Below the pieces are notes generated by a model. That model saw only the letters and a list, made by a program, of their open reading frames with translations, was not told where the DNA came from and made no database searches. From positions 1 through 64,000 of the forward strand of contig QPMI01000424.1 of NCBI GenBank assembly GCA_004431415.1: a DNA stretch of 64,000 bases, written 5' to 3'. This stretch comes from Cyanophora paradoxa CCMP329 (Eukaryota; Plantae; Glaucophyta). This document shows, piece after piece, positions 42,945 to 54,179 of the stretch; the first letter of the stretch is position 1; each line of letters begins with the position of its first letter. The position numbers and the translations under genes are program-made.

Positions 42945-44029
42945 CTTCTGAAAAGCCTTTGAAGCTCAGCGGCTCGTGCGAACAGCAAGCTCAGATGGGC
43001 TTCATGATCAGGCTAGGGTCCGCTCTCCGAGGGCCCAGGCCCTGAGGGCTCGGGGGACTGAGCTGTGCCTACAGTAGCATGTGCAGTGTAATTAAGGCTA
43101 GCGCTGGAGCCGGGGTCGCCCCGTAGCTAGAGCCTTGAATTCGAAGGCACGTCGCTGGGCCGCGCGCGCAGCCGGGCCACGAGCTCGAGCTCGCAATCGA
43201 GCCTTTGATTTTGCGGCTTGCCCTGTTTGCCCTCACGGCGTCCACTCCCCCTTCTTGCTAGCACCGTCCGCGGTGCTTGCAATAGAATCTTGGAGAGAAT
43301 TCAAGGCGGTGATGCCACTTTTAGCGCGCAGCCTGGCAGCGTGAGGCCTAGGGCCGGCTGCCGCGGCTCATGATCAGCAGCTGGTGGTCGCGGCCGGGCC
43401 GCGGGATTCACGCCTAGTAGGCCTTGGGCTGGAGCCGGAGCTAGCGCTCGAGCTTGCAATTGGGCCTCGATCGATCGCGAGCTCTGTCGACGTCTCCAGG
43501 CTTTTGTTTTGCAGCCTTGCCATGCATATGGCAGTACTGGTTGTACATGTGTTCCTGAGCAGCTAGCCGTGGAGCCTGCCAGGCTGCAGCGGCATGCACG
43601 CAGCTCATGATCAGCGGCTGGCATGCATATGCTCCGGATCTGGATCAGAGCTAGGCTCATGCATATGATCAGTGATCAGGGCCGAACTGATCATGAGTCA
43701 CCGGTGTACCAGGCGCCGGATAGCTCAGAAATTGCAATTGCAATTGGGCGAGGCCTGCATGCGCAGCTGATCATCTCGCGCGGCGCGGTCACCGGGTCAC
43801 GAGCGCTGCGCGCTGGTCGGCGTGAATTCGAAAAAGCCTCGAGCTCGGAGCTCGAGCTCGTGATCTCAGTGTTCTGGCCAAGAGTCTGCACTAGCTATAG
43901 AGTACAGAGGACATTCTTCACACAAAATTCCGGGGGACATTCTTCACACGAAAAGCTCGCAGCGTAAAGCCAAGCTTATCGCGCAGAATGTCCACGCTCG
44001 GATTCCAGCGTCCTCGCCGTCCACGGTCG

Positions 44030-44280
44030 AGCACACCCTTTCAAGAAGACAGGCTCACTACGCAGTAGTAGAGCGCTGCTTCGGGTGGCTAGCGATGCAG
44101 CGGTGACTCGAGCAGTCTGCCTCGGTCCCGGTTCGCTTTCTCTCATCTCCATCGTCGGCTGATCAAGCACGCCCTTTCAAGAAGACAGGCTCACTACGCA
44201 GTAGTAGAGCGCTGCTTCGGGCGGCTAGCGATGCAGCGGTGACTCGAGCAGTCTGCCTCGGTCCCGGTTCGCTTTCTCTC
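44030..44280. repeat. Two near-identical ~114-bp direct repeats
   Basis: 44030-44144 and 44167-44280 (CCCTTTCAAGAAGACAGG...GCTTTCTCTC). Confidence 0.9.
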
Positions 44281-44555
44281 CGGCCGTCGCTCGGTGCCGC
44301 AGGCAGCCGAGGTGAGCAAGCTCACATCGCACGAAACCGGAGCAATCTGCCCCCGGATCGTGTTTGCGCTTTATTTGCGAGAGCAGCACGCCCCAGTCGT
44401 AACCGCGCTGAGCCAGAACCTCAGCCCGCGGCCGTGGGCGCCAGGCTAAGCCACGCGGCTGCCCCACGTCTCCTCCGCTGAAAGATCTGCGTGCGAGCGG
44501 CTCGCCGGGCTCTATAGGTGGCCGGCGGCCGCCCGCGCTTAGTGCCGCGCGGCGC

Positions 44556-44843
44556 GAGCGAGGTCTGCGGCCGACCCCAGCAGATCAAATCTGCCGACCC
44601 CAGCAGATCAAATCTCACGGGCGAGGCGCGGCGCGCACCCCGGGAGGCCGAGCGCGTGCGCAGCGACAGCACGGGCCATGATGAACTCGGGCGCGGAGCG
44701 AGCGAGGTCCGCGGCCGACCCCAGCAGATCAAATCTGCCGACCCCAGCAGATCAAATCTCACGGGCGAGGCGCGGCGCGCACCCCGGGAGGCCGTGCGCG
44801 TGCGCAGCGACAGCACAGGCCATGATGAACTCGGGCGCGGAGC
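44556..44843. repeat. Tandem duplication of a 144-bp unit
   Basis: 44556-44699 and 44700-44843, each containing an internal CCGACCCCAGCAGATCAAATCT repeat. Confidence 0.9.
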
Positions 44844-45351
44844 GCCGGGCTCGGGGTGCAAGGCTCGCGAGGGCCAGCACGGCCGATCGACCAGGCTCGA
44901 TGTACGCCTCGGTCTTGGGCGAGGCTCGCGGGTCGCCGGTCATCGTACAGGTCTTCTTTCGTCTGCGCGAGGCCGTGCGCGCGGCGCGGCGCCGCAGGGG
45001 GCGCGTACTAGCATGGGCATCGAGGTTGTCCTCCGAGATCCGGACAAGATCTGCGACGTCCGTCGGCGAGGGCGACGGGAGGGCGCGTCCGACCGCATTT
45101 AGCAGTTCTCAAGAGCTAGTTCTACGTTTTCGGTGAGCTGACGGAGAGCCTGCCGGCTCGCTGTGGCTGATCGCTGTGTGCGTCCCGATCGCATGCCGAT
45201 CCGGGCTCGCCGGTGCGCGGGGTCGCCGATCGACGCTGAAATGATGTTCTAGAGCTACTGTCGATGCGCCCGCATCGCTGCTGGTCGCCGATCGTGCCGG
45301 GCTGATGTTGACGATGAACTGCCCACGGGTTGCTCCGTAGGCAGTGGCGCC

Positions 45352-45634
45352 TGTCGGATAGGAGGATTCCCACCCGATTGGGCGCCCGCGCGGTCCAGCG
45401 CGGGGCCGGCTCCCTGTGCTGGAGCAGCTGTAGATGCAGGCTGGTGTATTCTCTGTGTACCCGGAAGACTACTGACACTGTACCCCTAGGATAGGTAGAG
45501 GCAGGCCAGCGTAGGCTACCGCGAGGTAAACCTACAGGAAGAGAGACTATGCTAAGGCACCGTAGACTGCGTCAGGCACCAACTAGCTCTAGTCACTAAG
45601 TCACCGCAAGGCCAGGGAATCGAGCCATGCGACA
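45352..45634 (-). repeat. 5' LTR (283 bp)
   Basis: Identical to 9764-10046 and followed by TSD GAGCT. Confidence 0.95.
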
Positions 45635-48021
45635 GAGCTGGGGGGCGGGCGGGGCGGGGCGGGCGGGGAGGGTGACGGGCCGGGAGCGGGGCGAGGCGCT
45701 GAGGGTCGGGGCAGGGCGCTGGAGGGCGGCGGGGGCAGGGCGCTGGGGGGCGGCGGGAGCGGGGCGCTGGGGGGGGCATAGTTAAGCTTACTATACTGTA
45801 GTCCAGGCCTAGTCAGCTAGCATAGTACGGAGCATGTGAGGAGGGATCGAGGCAGTGTGAGTGGATGATATTGGAATGGAAGTCAAGTGCAGCAAGCTGA
45901 GGGTAGCCAGTGCCAATGTGCGCATTCAATAAAGGCAGGCAAAACTAAGTAGTCGAGCGCATGATAGAAGGTGTCAGAGATAGGAAACAGAAATCGATAC
46001 GAAACGAACCCCGACAACTGACTGCCATACAACGTATATGGAGTACGGCGCGCGTCCTTGCCCTAATTCTGACCGACATCGTCGTACATTCCGTGGTACA
46101 TATCATCATGCAGCGGCCATCCATCTGGGTCCACATCGGGTCGATGTACGACGTGCTTGGCGACCGTCCCATTCCACTTCATATAGATTTCGGCCCACCG
46201 GCGATCGGGGTCCCAACTGCCAGCACAATCGAAGGCATTTATCATCAAGTCGTACTCTGCGGTGGGGATGGGGTTAATAGTTGATCATCATCCAAGATTA
46301 CATGTGTACAGGCACCTCCATTACAGTCCGTAAGCTGAACGGACGCAATCACATCGTACGCAGAAGTGAACTCGTTGTTACTCACGCGCACCGCTGCAGG
46401 CCCAGGTGGTACTGCTATGATGGCGCCTGTGCCGGGATTCTTGATTATAAAAACGTCGGGGGTCATTTGGCTCATGGCCTCCAGTACGATGATGGAACCG
46501 GGGCCGCTGACTCGCACTGATTGAGATATATCGCGGTAAGAAGCTAAATCGAGATTCGGTCTCGCGTAAGAAGCAGCTAGCACTATATCGGATGTGGGCG
46601 ACGTATCTGCGATGGCGCAAATCGCAGCATGCACTTGCGTCAGCAGTGAACGGAGCAAGCGCACGGAGAACATACCTCTCGATCGCTTCTTGGAACCGGA
46701 ATCGAGGATGGGACGCAAAGTATTCGTCAACGACATGTCTAGCCGTCTCTGCAAGAATCAAGTCCGGCAATTAGGGGTACAGCCTGCATTCCCGGCGCCG
46801 TGAACGACAGCCCGTGCGCTACACGCGCAACTCGTCGCATCGTTCTTAGCGCGCTCATTCGCCTGCGCAATCTCCAGCTAGGCCAACCCACCGCTAAGCG
46901 CGAAGCAACGCGGCGCGCTCCTTCGCCAACGCCAGCGCCATCAAGGCGAACACAAGCGCTAGAAGCGCCGCTCGTCGTACCTTCGAAGCGCGCTCAGTCG
47001 CAGGTTGGCTGATACCCCGGCTCGAAGTAAGCATGCTCAGACCCGATCCGCGCCTGCCGTCTAAACACAGACGACTTTTAACTTATATGTTTCAACAGGT
47101 TCCGACTACTTGATCATGGCGAAAACAAAAGCGTGCCATGGGATCTCACCTGGGATGTTCAGAGGAACGATGCAGAGGATCGAGCAGCCACATGATTATA
47201 GAGGACCGATCCGTAACTATAGTCACTTCTCCGACGTCACTACTCTTATGAGAAACACACCGCCTGTTGATCGCATCCAAATCGTTGAAGATGGAACGGT
47301 TCTGCAACGATTTCTGCAGATCGAGCCTATCCACATCTTCAGGCCATGGCAAGCCGGGCGTGACTTCGGTATTACCCTTACGTAAACCTCTACTTCTTCA
47401 CGTCTCACCACCAGACGCCTGCCAGCTATCTCTCGGGCACTCGATACGAAACTCCGCCTGCATCTGTCCTGTCCCTACACATCAGAACGTATCAGAGTGC
47501 CAGTTCAGTCAGTGTACTGCGTTCACCCGCACGTACGTGGTCGCATTCCCTTCATAAATTCCACATTATTCTTATCCCTGCGCAGTGTTTCGATTTCAAC
47601 GAGCACTTGATATTCTCCCTTCATAATGAAGATTGGTCAGCTATTCGTCCTGCACTCATGATCATGATCAAAGTTAAATCCTTTCCATAGGGAATGCCCA
47701 TTCCAATTCTGCCAAAGACAAGCAGGTCTCCACAATCTCATCATTGACGAGTTCTTCAAGTCCATCCTTGACGGGGTCTGTGCCCGATTTACCTTTACAT
47801 CTCATAATTACTGACACCCTCATTCCAGACAACGCCTGCAGATCTCGCTGTCGAAATAGACAACACAGGAAGATGGCTGCCATGCGCTTCCGACAATATA
47901 CCCGACTAGATTAGAATCTCCAAGCAGGGCTAGGCCGCGCACCCCCCATCAGTGCATCACCCCGCCCCGCCCTTCTCTGCCACATCCAACCCCGCCCCCG
48001 CCAGGGCGTCGCGAGTAGACC

Positions 48022-48954
48022 GCTGCGCCCCGGGCGGCTTACTATATTCTAGTCCATGTCCTAGCTAAAGAGCATCGTACAACGGACTGAAAGCAACGTG
48101 GCCCCCTAATCGACAGACCTATAGCTAGTAGTCTTCAGTCGAATCATAGCCACAAACATGGTCATCGTAGCAGTCTGTTTCGGTGCAGCATAGACGATTG
48201 CAGATTTCGCCGCGAGCCTTGCCGTATGCAAGGTGCTCTCCTGGCGCTGCTGGTGGTGCATGTCTCTCATTCTTGGCGCGAGGATCGCCGTATTGACGAT
48301 CAAGGGGGTTTCGCTTCAGAATCCGCCGACAGCGTATAACTGGGTGATTGGGGCAGAGGGTTGTGACATAGAAGTAATCATGCGCGCCCATGCGGGCATG
48401 AGCCCATGTGCGATCGGTACAGACATCGCATTTTATCATCTCGCTGCTATGTTCCTCACAGTAGATGCTGCATAACAAGGGCGTCGGCTCCAGTCAGATA
48501 TGTTGGTTTTGTGCGTAGGGTTGACCACTTAAACATCATATATATCCCTCGCGAACCTGCTACAGTTATCCGATGAGCACCGGTATACCGTATGCTGACG
48601 ACCGCCAGTACTGGCCATGGAGGGAGCGTGAAAGTCGTCATTGCAGAAAAGAACAGGACAGCCAGTGACGGATGAACACTGAGCAAGCCGGCACGTTCGT
48701 GCTGGTTCGAGCGGGCATGGGCCGTGCATACCGTCGATGGCAGGGCACGCGTACGGTCCGTGCGCACGCGCGTCGGCAATCTCATCCCCGGAACACGCTG
48801 CAGTCGAAGTAGGAGGCGGATCGGCTTCAGCTGCCGGCGCCATTACTATATGCTGGACCGAAATATGAGAGCAAGATGGCGAACAAGACTCACTCCCAAG
48901 ATTCGAACCTGGGTCTAAGCGATGTGAGCGGCCGTCCTGGACGGCTGGTCCTAG
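48022..48954 (+). mobile_element. Second copy of the 1446-1597 repeat end, split by ~770 bp of Cys-rich minus-strand gene-like sequence
   Basis: 48022-48097 matches ~1447-1520; 48868-48954 matches ~1512-1597 including the hairpin and CTAG. Confidence 0.55.
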
Positions 48955-49428
48955 AGACAGTCGCGATCGATGTTCGTCGCCAGCTTATGGTCTATGGCTG
49001 CATGGTTGCCAGCGCGGCTCTCACTTATGAGAAGCCAGCTAGCATAGTATACGTACCCTCCTGAACTACGCTGTCTGGGACCAGGCATCAGCCTGTGGTT
49101 TAGCGAGCAATAGCGAGCAATAGGGAGTAATAGCGAGCGATAGCGAGCAATGCACGACCCGAAGGGACAGGAGGAGCAGGCTCCGGGTCAGACCCATCAG
49201 ACAGCTCCGATCGGGAACGCGAAGTACACGTTGCCAGCGCAAGGAATCTACGCTGTCTGGGCCCAGGCCTCAGTCTGACGTAGAGTCTCTGGCATCAAAC
49301 CCGAACGGCGGCTTTTTTCCCAATATGCGTACGCGAACTCGGAGAGTTAGTCGACGATCGAGAACTAAAGTTAGTCCCAAATTTGAAATTTTGCGTTGAG
49401 TACGTACTCTAAACCATACCGAAGTGCA

Positions 49429-51827
49429 ATGGCACGTCAATCAAAGGCAGCTGCTGCTGCAGCCACGGCTGAGAAGAAGGACAACGTGCTCGAGCCGAAG
49501 AAGGCTGACGTGGCCGCGTCACTGGCGAAATCTGATGCCGCTGCTGCTGCCGGGAAGGACCCGCTCCCTGTCGCCGTTGACGAGGCTTCGCCGGTGATCC
49601 CTACGCCGGTGGATGCGGCGTGGACGACGCGGCACGCGCTGCCTGGGTGCGCTTGGAGTTAATCAATGTTCGGTCCGGCATGGTGCGGATTTAAGCTGAC
49701 GATCTGCGCGATAGCAGGCTGAACGACGGCATGCCACGGGAAGGGGCAGCTGCAACTATCACGGCGGCAGTGGCATCGTCTCGCCCGTTGCCTGGCGCGT
49801 CCGGATCCATTTGCAATGCTGGGCAAGTGTACGTATTCTACGATTGCGTAATATTGGCTGTGACTAATACGACGTTATTCGTCCCTGCGTAGATCGGCTG
49901 CCGTGCCGGTCGCCACTAATTCGGCAAGTGGCACGGCTAATGGGATTGTGATGCTATCGTACGTGCTTTTATAATCAATAGCATTTGTGCACGACGAGCG
50001 TCACAACCCTAATATATTTCCAGGCCCGCAAAGAAGGTTACTGTGGCGCGCACGTTCATGGATTTGAAGGATGGGAGGGATTTTAACGGTGTCGTGCGGA
50101 TTGCGAACATGCACACCATAAGTGGAAGGAACGGAGGTGACACCATCCGCGGTACTCTGGAGGATGAGGTGCGCAACCCCGTTGTAGCTGGATAACCTCA
50201 TGTGTAATGTCAATGTGGCGATTTTATATAAGCTTTCTGCTCATCGACGTACGCAATGCAGGTCGGCGATAAGGTGCCGCTCCGTATCTTCACAGGGGCG
50301 ATGCTAACAAGTGCGGGAAAAAATGCCATCAAGGGAGACATGCTCATCGATCAAGTGAACAATATAACCGAACACTTGAACGCCAGCTGCAACTCAGAAA
50401 ATATGGTATACTCTCCCATTTACGTATACTTCCATTATCCGTATCAGTATGCTGACATGGAATATATCGATCAGTACTTAATCATGAAATCATCAAACAA
50501 AGCACGCTACTTGGTGAAAGGGACTGCGACCGAGAAACTGGCTTGGCCATTGACGCGAGACCGCACACTGCTGAAGGAGATCCAGATTAATTCTGGTAAT
50601 GTCGGTCTAATCAACTTTGAATCAGTGAATGAGGAGGTCTGTCACTCATGTTTTACCTATATTCATATCGCGCGTCTTCATCACCTGCTCACTTTTGCTG
50701 CCGTACGTTAGGATCCTCGGCTCATCGAGCTTCCCCACAAACTCGCGAATATGGATCGCGCATCATTTGTCATGATGCGCTACGACATCGTTTCCGACTT
50801 CAAGGGAGCAGCAGTTGACTATATGAATGTCAACAAACTGTGCGACTCGAACAGGTTCAGCGAATGTGCGTGCTACTATAGATAACTGGGATGATACCAC
50901 GTTTTTCGGCGCGCTCGTACCGTGTTTTATCGCTTCATCAGATAACATTGGATGCATCATCAAGGAGGAAGAGGACGGATACGTGTGCATGGACAAGCTC
51001 GGGTGTAAGGTGTCAGCTCGGTTTGGACTTGGCGCAAAGTTCGAGTCCCTCGGGGAGCTGTTCGACACCTACAGCAACGACGGGGTCGCGGACATCGTCG
51101 TTTCATTCGCGGAGGTTCGGACGTCTATACTGTAGTTAACATGGTAAACGAATGCAAGGCGTAATTCACACGCATTCAACCGTAGTTCAAATTCGAGCGA
51201 CCATCAGGCACCCCGACGGAACTGTGGTTTGGCTTCTTTTCTGAAGTAATGGGACTTGCGGAATTCGAGGAGAAAAAGAAGACCCTGCCGGTAGGGTTCG
51301 TCTCGAAGGCAATTAAAATTCCGGATGCGAGTGCTCGCTTGCATGCATCTGTCCCGTTTGGTAATGGGTCGAACCGAGTTGGTGCGGAAGTTCAGCCTAT
51401 CGGTTTTAACCTGTGTAACCCTTTCATGCAGCGCTCTTCGCCGGCGGTACCGGCCCGACAGGGAGCACCCCGAATTTGTCGGGTACGACCGGGATCCCTG
51501 TCAAGGTTGGAAATGGTGGATCAGCGATCGCTCTGAATGGAATCTCAAGCTCGCCGATGGCAATGGCAGCAATGAACATGCCGATGCAGCTGCGCCTGAG
51601 CCTGAAGGACAATCCGTTCGCGGTGTCTCGCGATCGCACTGGAAGTGAGGCTTCTTTTCCTAATGGGCTCGTTGAGCGCGAGGTATATGACTTTCCGTAC
51701 ATTGCATATGTCACGTTCCAGCTAATCTCGTAGCAGGCAACTATCGCAAAGCGGAAGAAGGGAGGCAATGACGAAGCCAAAACTTCAAAGAAACAGAAGA
51801 ACGTGAGCGTGGAGTCGGAATCAGATG
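49429..51827 (+). CDS. Multi-exon hypothetical gene interrupted by PLV-2
   Basis: ATG at 49429 (MARQSKAAAA...); successive open exons separated by ~50-70-nt GT-AG segments; last visible exon ...KRKKGGNDEAKTSKKQKNVSVESESD runs open into the TIR. Confidence 0.55.
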
Positions 51828-52765
51828 GCTCGCTTGCAGGTAAGCACCACCAATTGCGCGCCCTCTTCTTTCTTTCCCCACTACCATTCTCAGTAAGCCC
51901 ATTATCCATTTTCAAATTTCTCAGTAAGGCTCAGTAACAAATCATAAATTAGCACTGTATTTTTCAAACATCTAACTCCTCCTTACTGAAACCAATCACA
52001 AAAACCTACATATAATCTTCTCTCTAATCCCTTACCATTTTCAGTAAGCCTTTATTCCGCCTTCCGATCTCTCAGTAAGGACAGTAAGACCCTATTTTTT
52101 GCGTAATGTTCCTGATCCTTGTCGAACTGTTTTCAGTAGTCCAATTTGAAAAATCAAGGTGAGCCCCACCGATAGGTTAAATTAACTTATATAGTGCGTA
52201 TATCCCCACTTAAAGATTTCCCACTATACAAGTATAAAGATGCCGGGTAATCAGCTCCCCTTACCTAAAAGTAAACTGTGCAATGTGTGCAAAGAGGTCA
52301 AGCCTGCATCGTGGTTCCCTTTGCGCAAGTGCAAGTCGGGAAATATAACATTATATTGGAGATGCATAGAGTGCCACCGTGACTATCAAAATGATCACTA
52401 TCACAATGTCTTAAAAACGCGTCCGAAAATCGAAGTACAATCGAAGATATGCCCGGATTGCAAGATTGAGAAGCCTGCAAGCGAGTATAATAAAAAGCAA
52501 AGTACGAAGGATGGTCTCTACTATAAATGCCGACAGTGTTATAGTGAGACTCGGACGAGCTAATTTATGATTTTAAAATGAGATTTATATTTTTTAAAGC
52601 AAGTTTGTGCATGAGCAAGCATGCCGAAAATGCCCACCTGCACAAACTTGCGACTTCAATCGAAATGTACGAATCGAAATGTACGATTAGCATATTTACG
52701 ACAAAGTACGACGATAGACCACGTTAAAATACACTCGCGCCCCGCCCACTATGCAAGATACATGC
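51828..52765 (+). repeat. Presumed TIR of PLV-2 (~938 bp; partner outside the window)
   Basis: Homologous to the PLV-1 TIR; inner ~180 bp near-identical, outer part diverged. Confidence 0.8.
52240..52563 (+). CDS. TIR-encoded tandem zinc-finger protein (PLV-2)
   Basis: All 8 Cys conserved relative to 17656-17994. Confidence 0.8.
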   Translation: MPGNQLPLPKSKLCNVCKEVKPASWFPLRKCKSGNITLYWRCIECHRDYQNDHYHNVLKTRPKIEVQSKICPDCKIEKPASEYNKKQSTKDGLYYKCRQCYSETRTS

Positions 52766-52860
52766 CTTTCTTATGCATGATCTATGAAAAATAACAATAA
52801 ACCCAGTCGTCAGACAAGCTGCCTTGGCTGCGCCTCTCTCATTCTTCGAATTCGAATTCT

Positions 52861-53124
52861 TTACATAGGAGCACTCACAGGAATTTCGCTTGCCTTTCGA
52901 ACAGTCCCCCTTGCAAATGCTTGCTCTACAATCGCTTCCTTTGTGAGTGGAATCGGAATTCCAGCGGCAATACACGATTTAACTTCTTTGTCCACAATCT
53001 CATCAATCGCAATTCTCGCCCGATTATGAGCAGCATTATCGATCCAATCCTGAACAGAGTAGGCACAGTATTCCATTCCCAGTTTTTCAGTATCAGTTAG
53101 AACCACTTGGTAGATGTTCGACAT
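52861..53124 (-). CDS. Small phage-like fibre-associated protein (PLV-2)
   Basis: Orthologue of 41705-41968. Confidence 0.75.
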   Translation of the reverse strand: MSNIYQVVLTDTEKLGMEYCAYSVQDWIDNAAHNRARIAIDEIVDKEVKSCIAAGIPIPLTKEAIVEQAFARGTVRKASEIPVSAPM

Positions 53125-53133
53125 TCTTTTACT

Positions 53134-54159
53134 CTATGTTGCAGAAATTAATTCACCAGTAAATAAACAATTTGCATGAGTGGTTGCACCAAAAATAGCA
53201 CCGCTATTGAGGTAGAACCTTATTGTATCATAACCGGCTAATATAGTTATAATGGAAAATCCAAATTGCCTTGCAACTGATGTTGTTCCGATTGCATCAG
53301 AGTATGCTTGCACAACAACACTCTCAATATCTATATTATTCCTTTTCAATTGCATAACAGTATCTGAGGTATTTTCAGTTGTCAGACCTGTAAATGTAAA
53401 TCTGTAATGTCCAGGAACAGGAGCTGTAAACACACCAGTGTCTCTATCCATATGATTTCCATTGTTGACCCAGTTATATGGAAAACTTGTTATGTATCCA
53501 GCTGTGGTTATAGAATTATTAATACTAACACAGAATCGTGGATGATTTGGGGTAGAAAGATAGGAATTGGTTCCATTTACACTGAATCCATTATAGCTAT
53601 ACTGAGTGCTGTTCTTTGTGAAAGTTGATGCGAAGGTAGAAGCAATCTTTGCCCCACCTCTCTTGATCTCAAAATTGTCATTCGCACCCACAGTATCAAT
53701 AGAATTGGTCTTCACTCCACCACTTGCTGTAAGAAGCCCAGTAAACCCACCAGTGGTTGCATTCACAGCCCCATAAGAAGTTGCTGTCACTGTCCCATTC
53801 ACACTCAGTCCAGTCCCAATCCATGCCCCACCACTGTAAACTTGAAAAGCCGCCGAATTCCTATCAGCCGGATTAAAAGCCGTTTTGGAATCCTGTTGAC
53901 CTTCATATAGATTTTCTTTGGTGACCAGCCCCGAAGAGATTGCGGGTCGATTAGATACGATCATTTGAGTAGCTTTAACGACTCCATCAGCCTTGTCAGC
54001 TCGGAGTTCTTTGACTCTGAGTATGCTTTGGTCATTAAAAGAATCGGTTTTCGCTGTCTCAGTCGAAGGGTGGCTTGGAGATAAATCATAAACAGTGTGT
54101 TGGACATTGTGGACAGCACTTGCACTCAAAGAAAACACAGGCGTGAATACAGTTGTCAT
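53134..54159 (-). CDS. C1q-like fibre protein (single copy in PLV-2)
   Basis: GVFTAPVPGHYRFTF...FTGELISAT; N-terminus only distantly similar to the PLV-1 pair. Confidence 0.85.
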   Translation of the reverse strand: MTTVFTPVFSLSASAVHNVQHTVYDLSPSHPSTETAKTDSFNDQSILRVKELRADKADGVVKATQMIVSNRPAISSGLVTKENLYEGQQDSKTAFNPADRNSAAFQVYSGGAWIGTGLSVNGTVTATSYGAVNATTGGFTGLLTASGGVKTNSIDTVGANDNFEIKRGGAKIASTFASTFTKNSTQYSYNGFSVNGTNSYLSTPNHPRFCVSINNSITTAGYITSFPYNWVNNGNHMDRDTGVFTAPVPGHYRFTFTGLTTENTSDTVMQLKRNNIDIESVVVQAYSDAIGTTSVARQFGFSIITILAGYDTIRFYLNSGAIFGATTHANCLFTGELISAT

Positions 54160-54179
54160 CTTTAAATTGCTCTTTATAA

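Larger units (their letters stand above)
9764..45634 (-). mobile_element. LTR retroelement, apparently non-autonomous (~10.2 kb without PLV-1), interrupted by PLV-1
   Basis: Two 283-bp direct repeats with TGTCG...CGACA ends; TSD GAGCT at 9759-9763 and 45635-45639; polypurine tract beside the left LTR on the minus strand; no gag/pol motifs recognised. Confidence 0.9.

Noticed and set aside
45900-47890. Ulp1-like protease gene on the minus strand (CIVPLNIPG fragment)
   Set aside because: Gene-like and probably spliced, but a catalytic His/Asp/Cys set could not be assembled with confidence.
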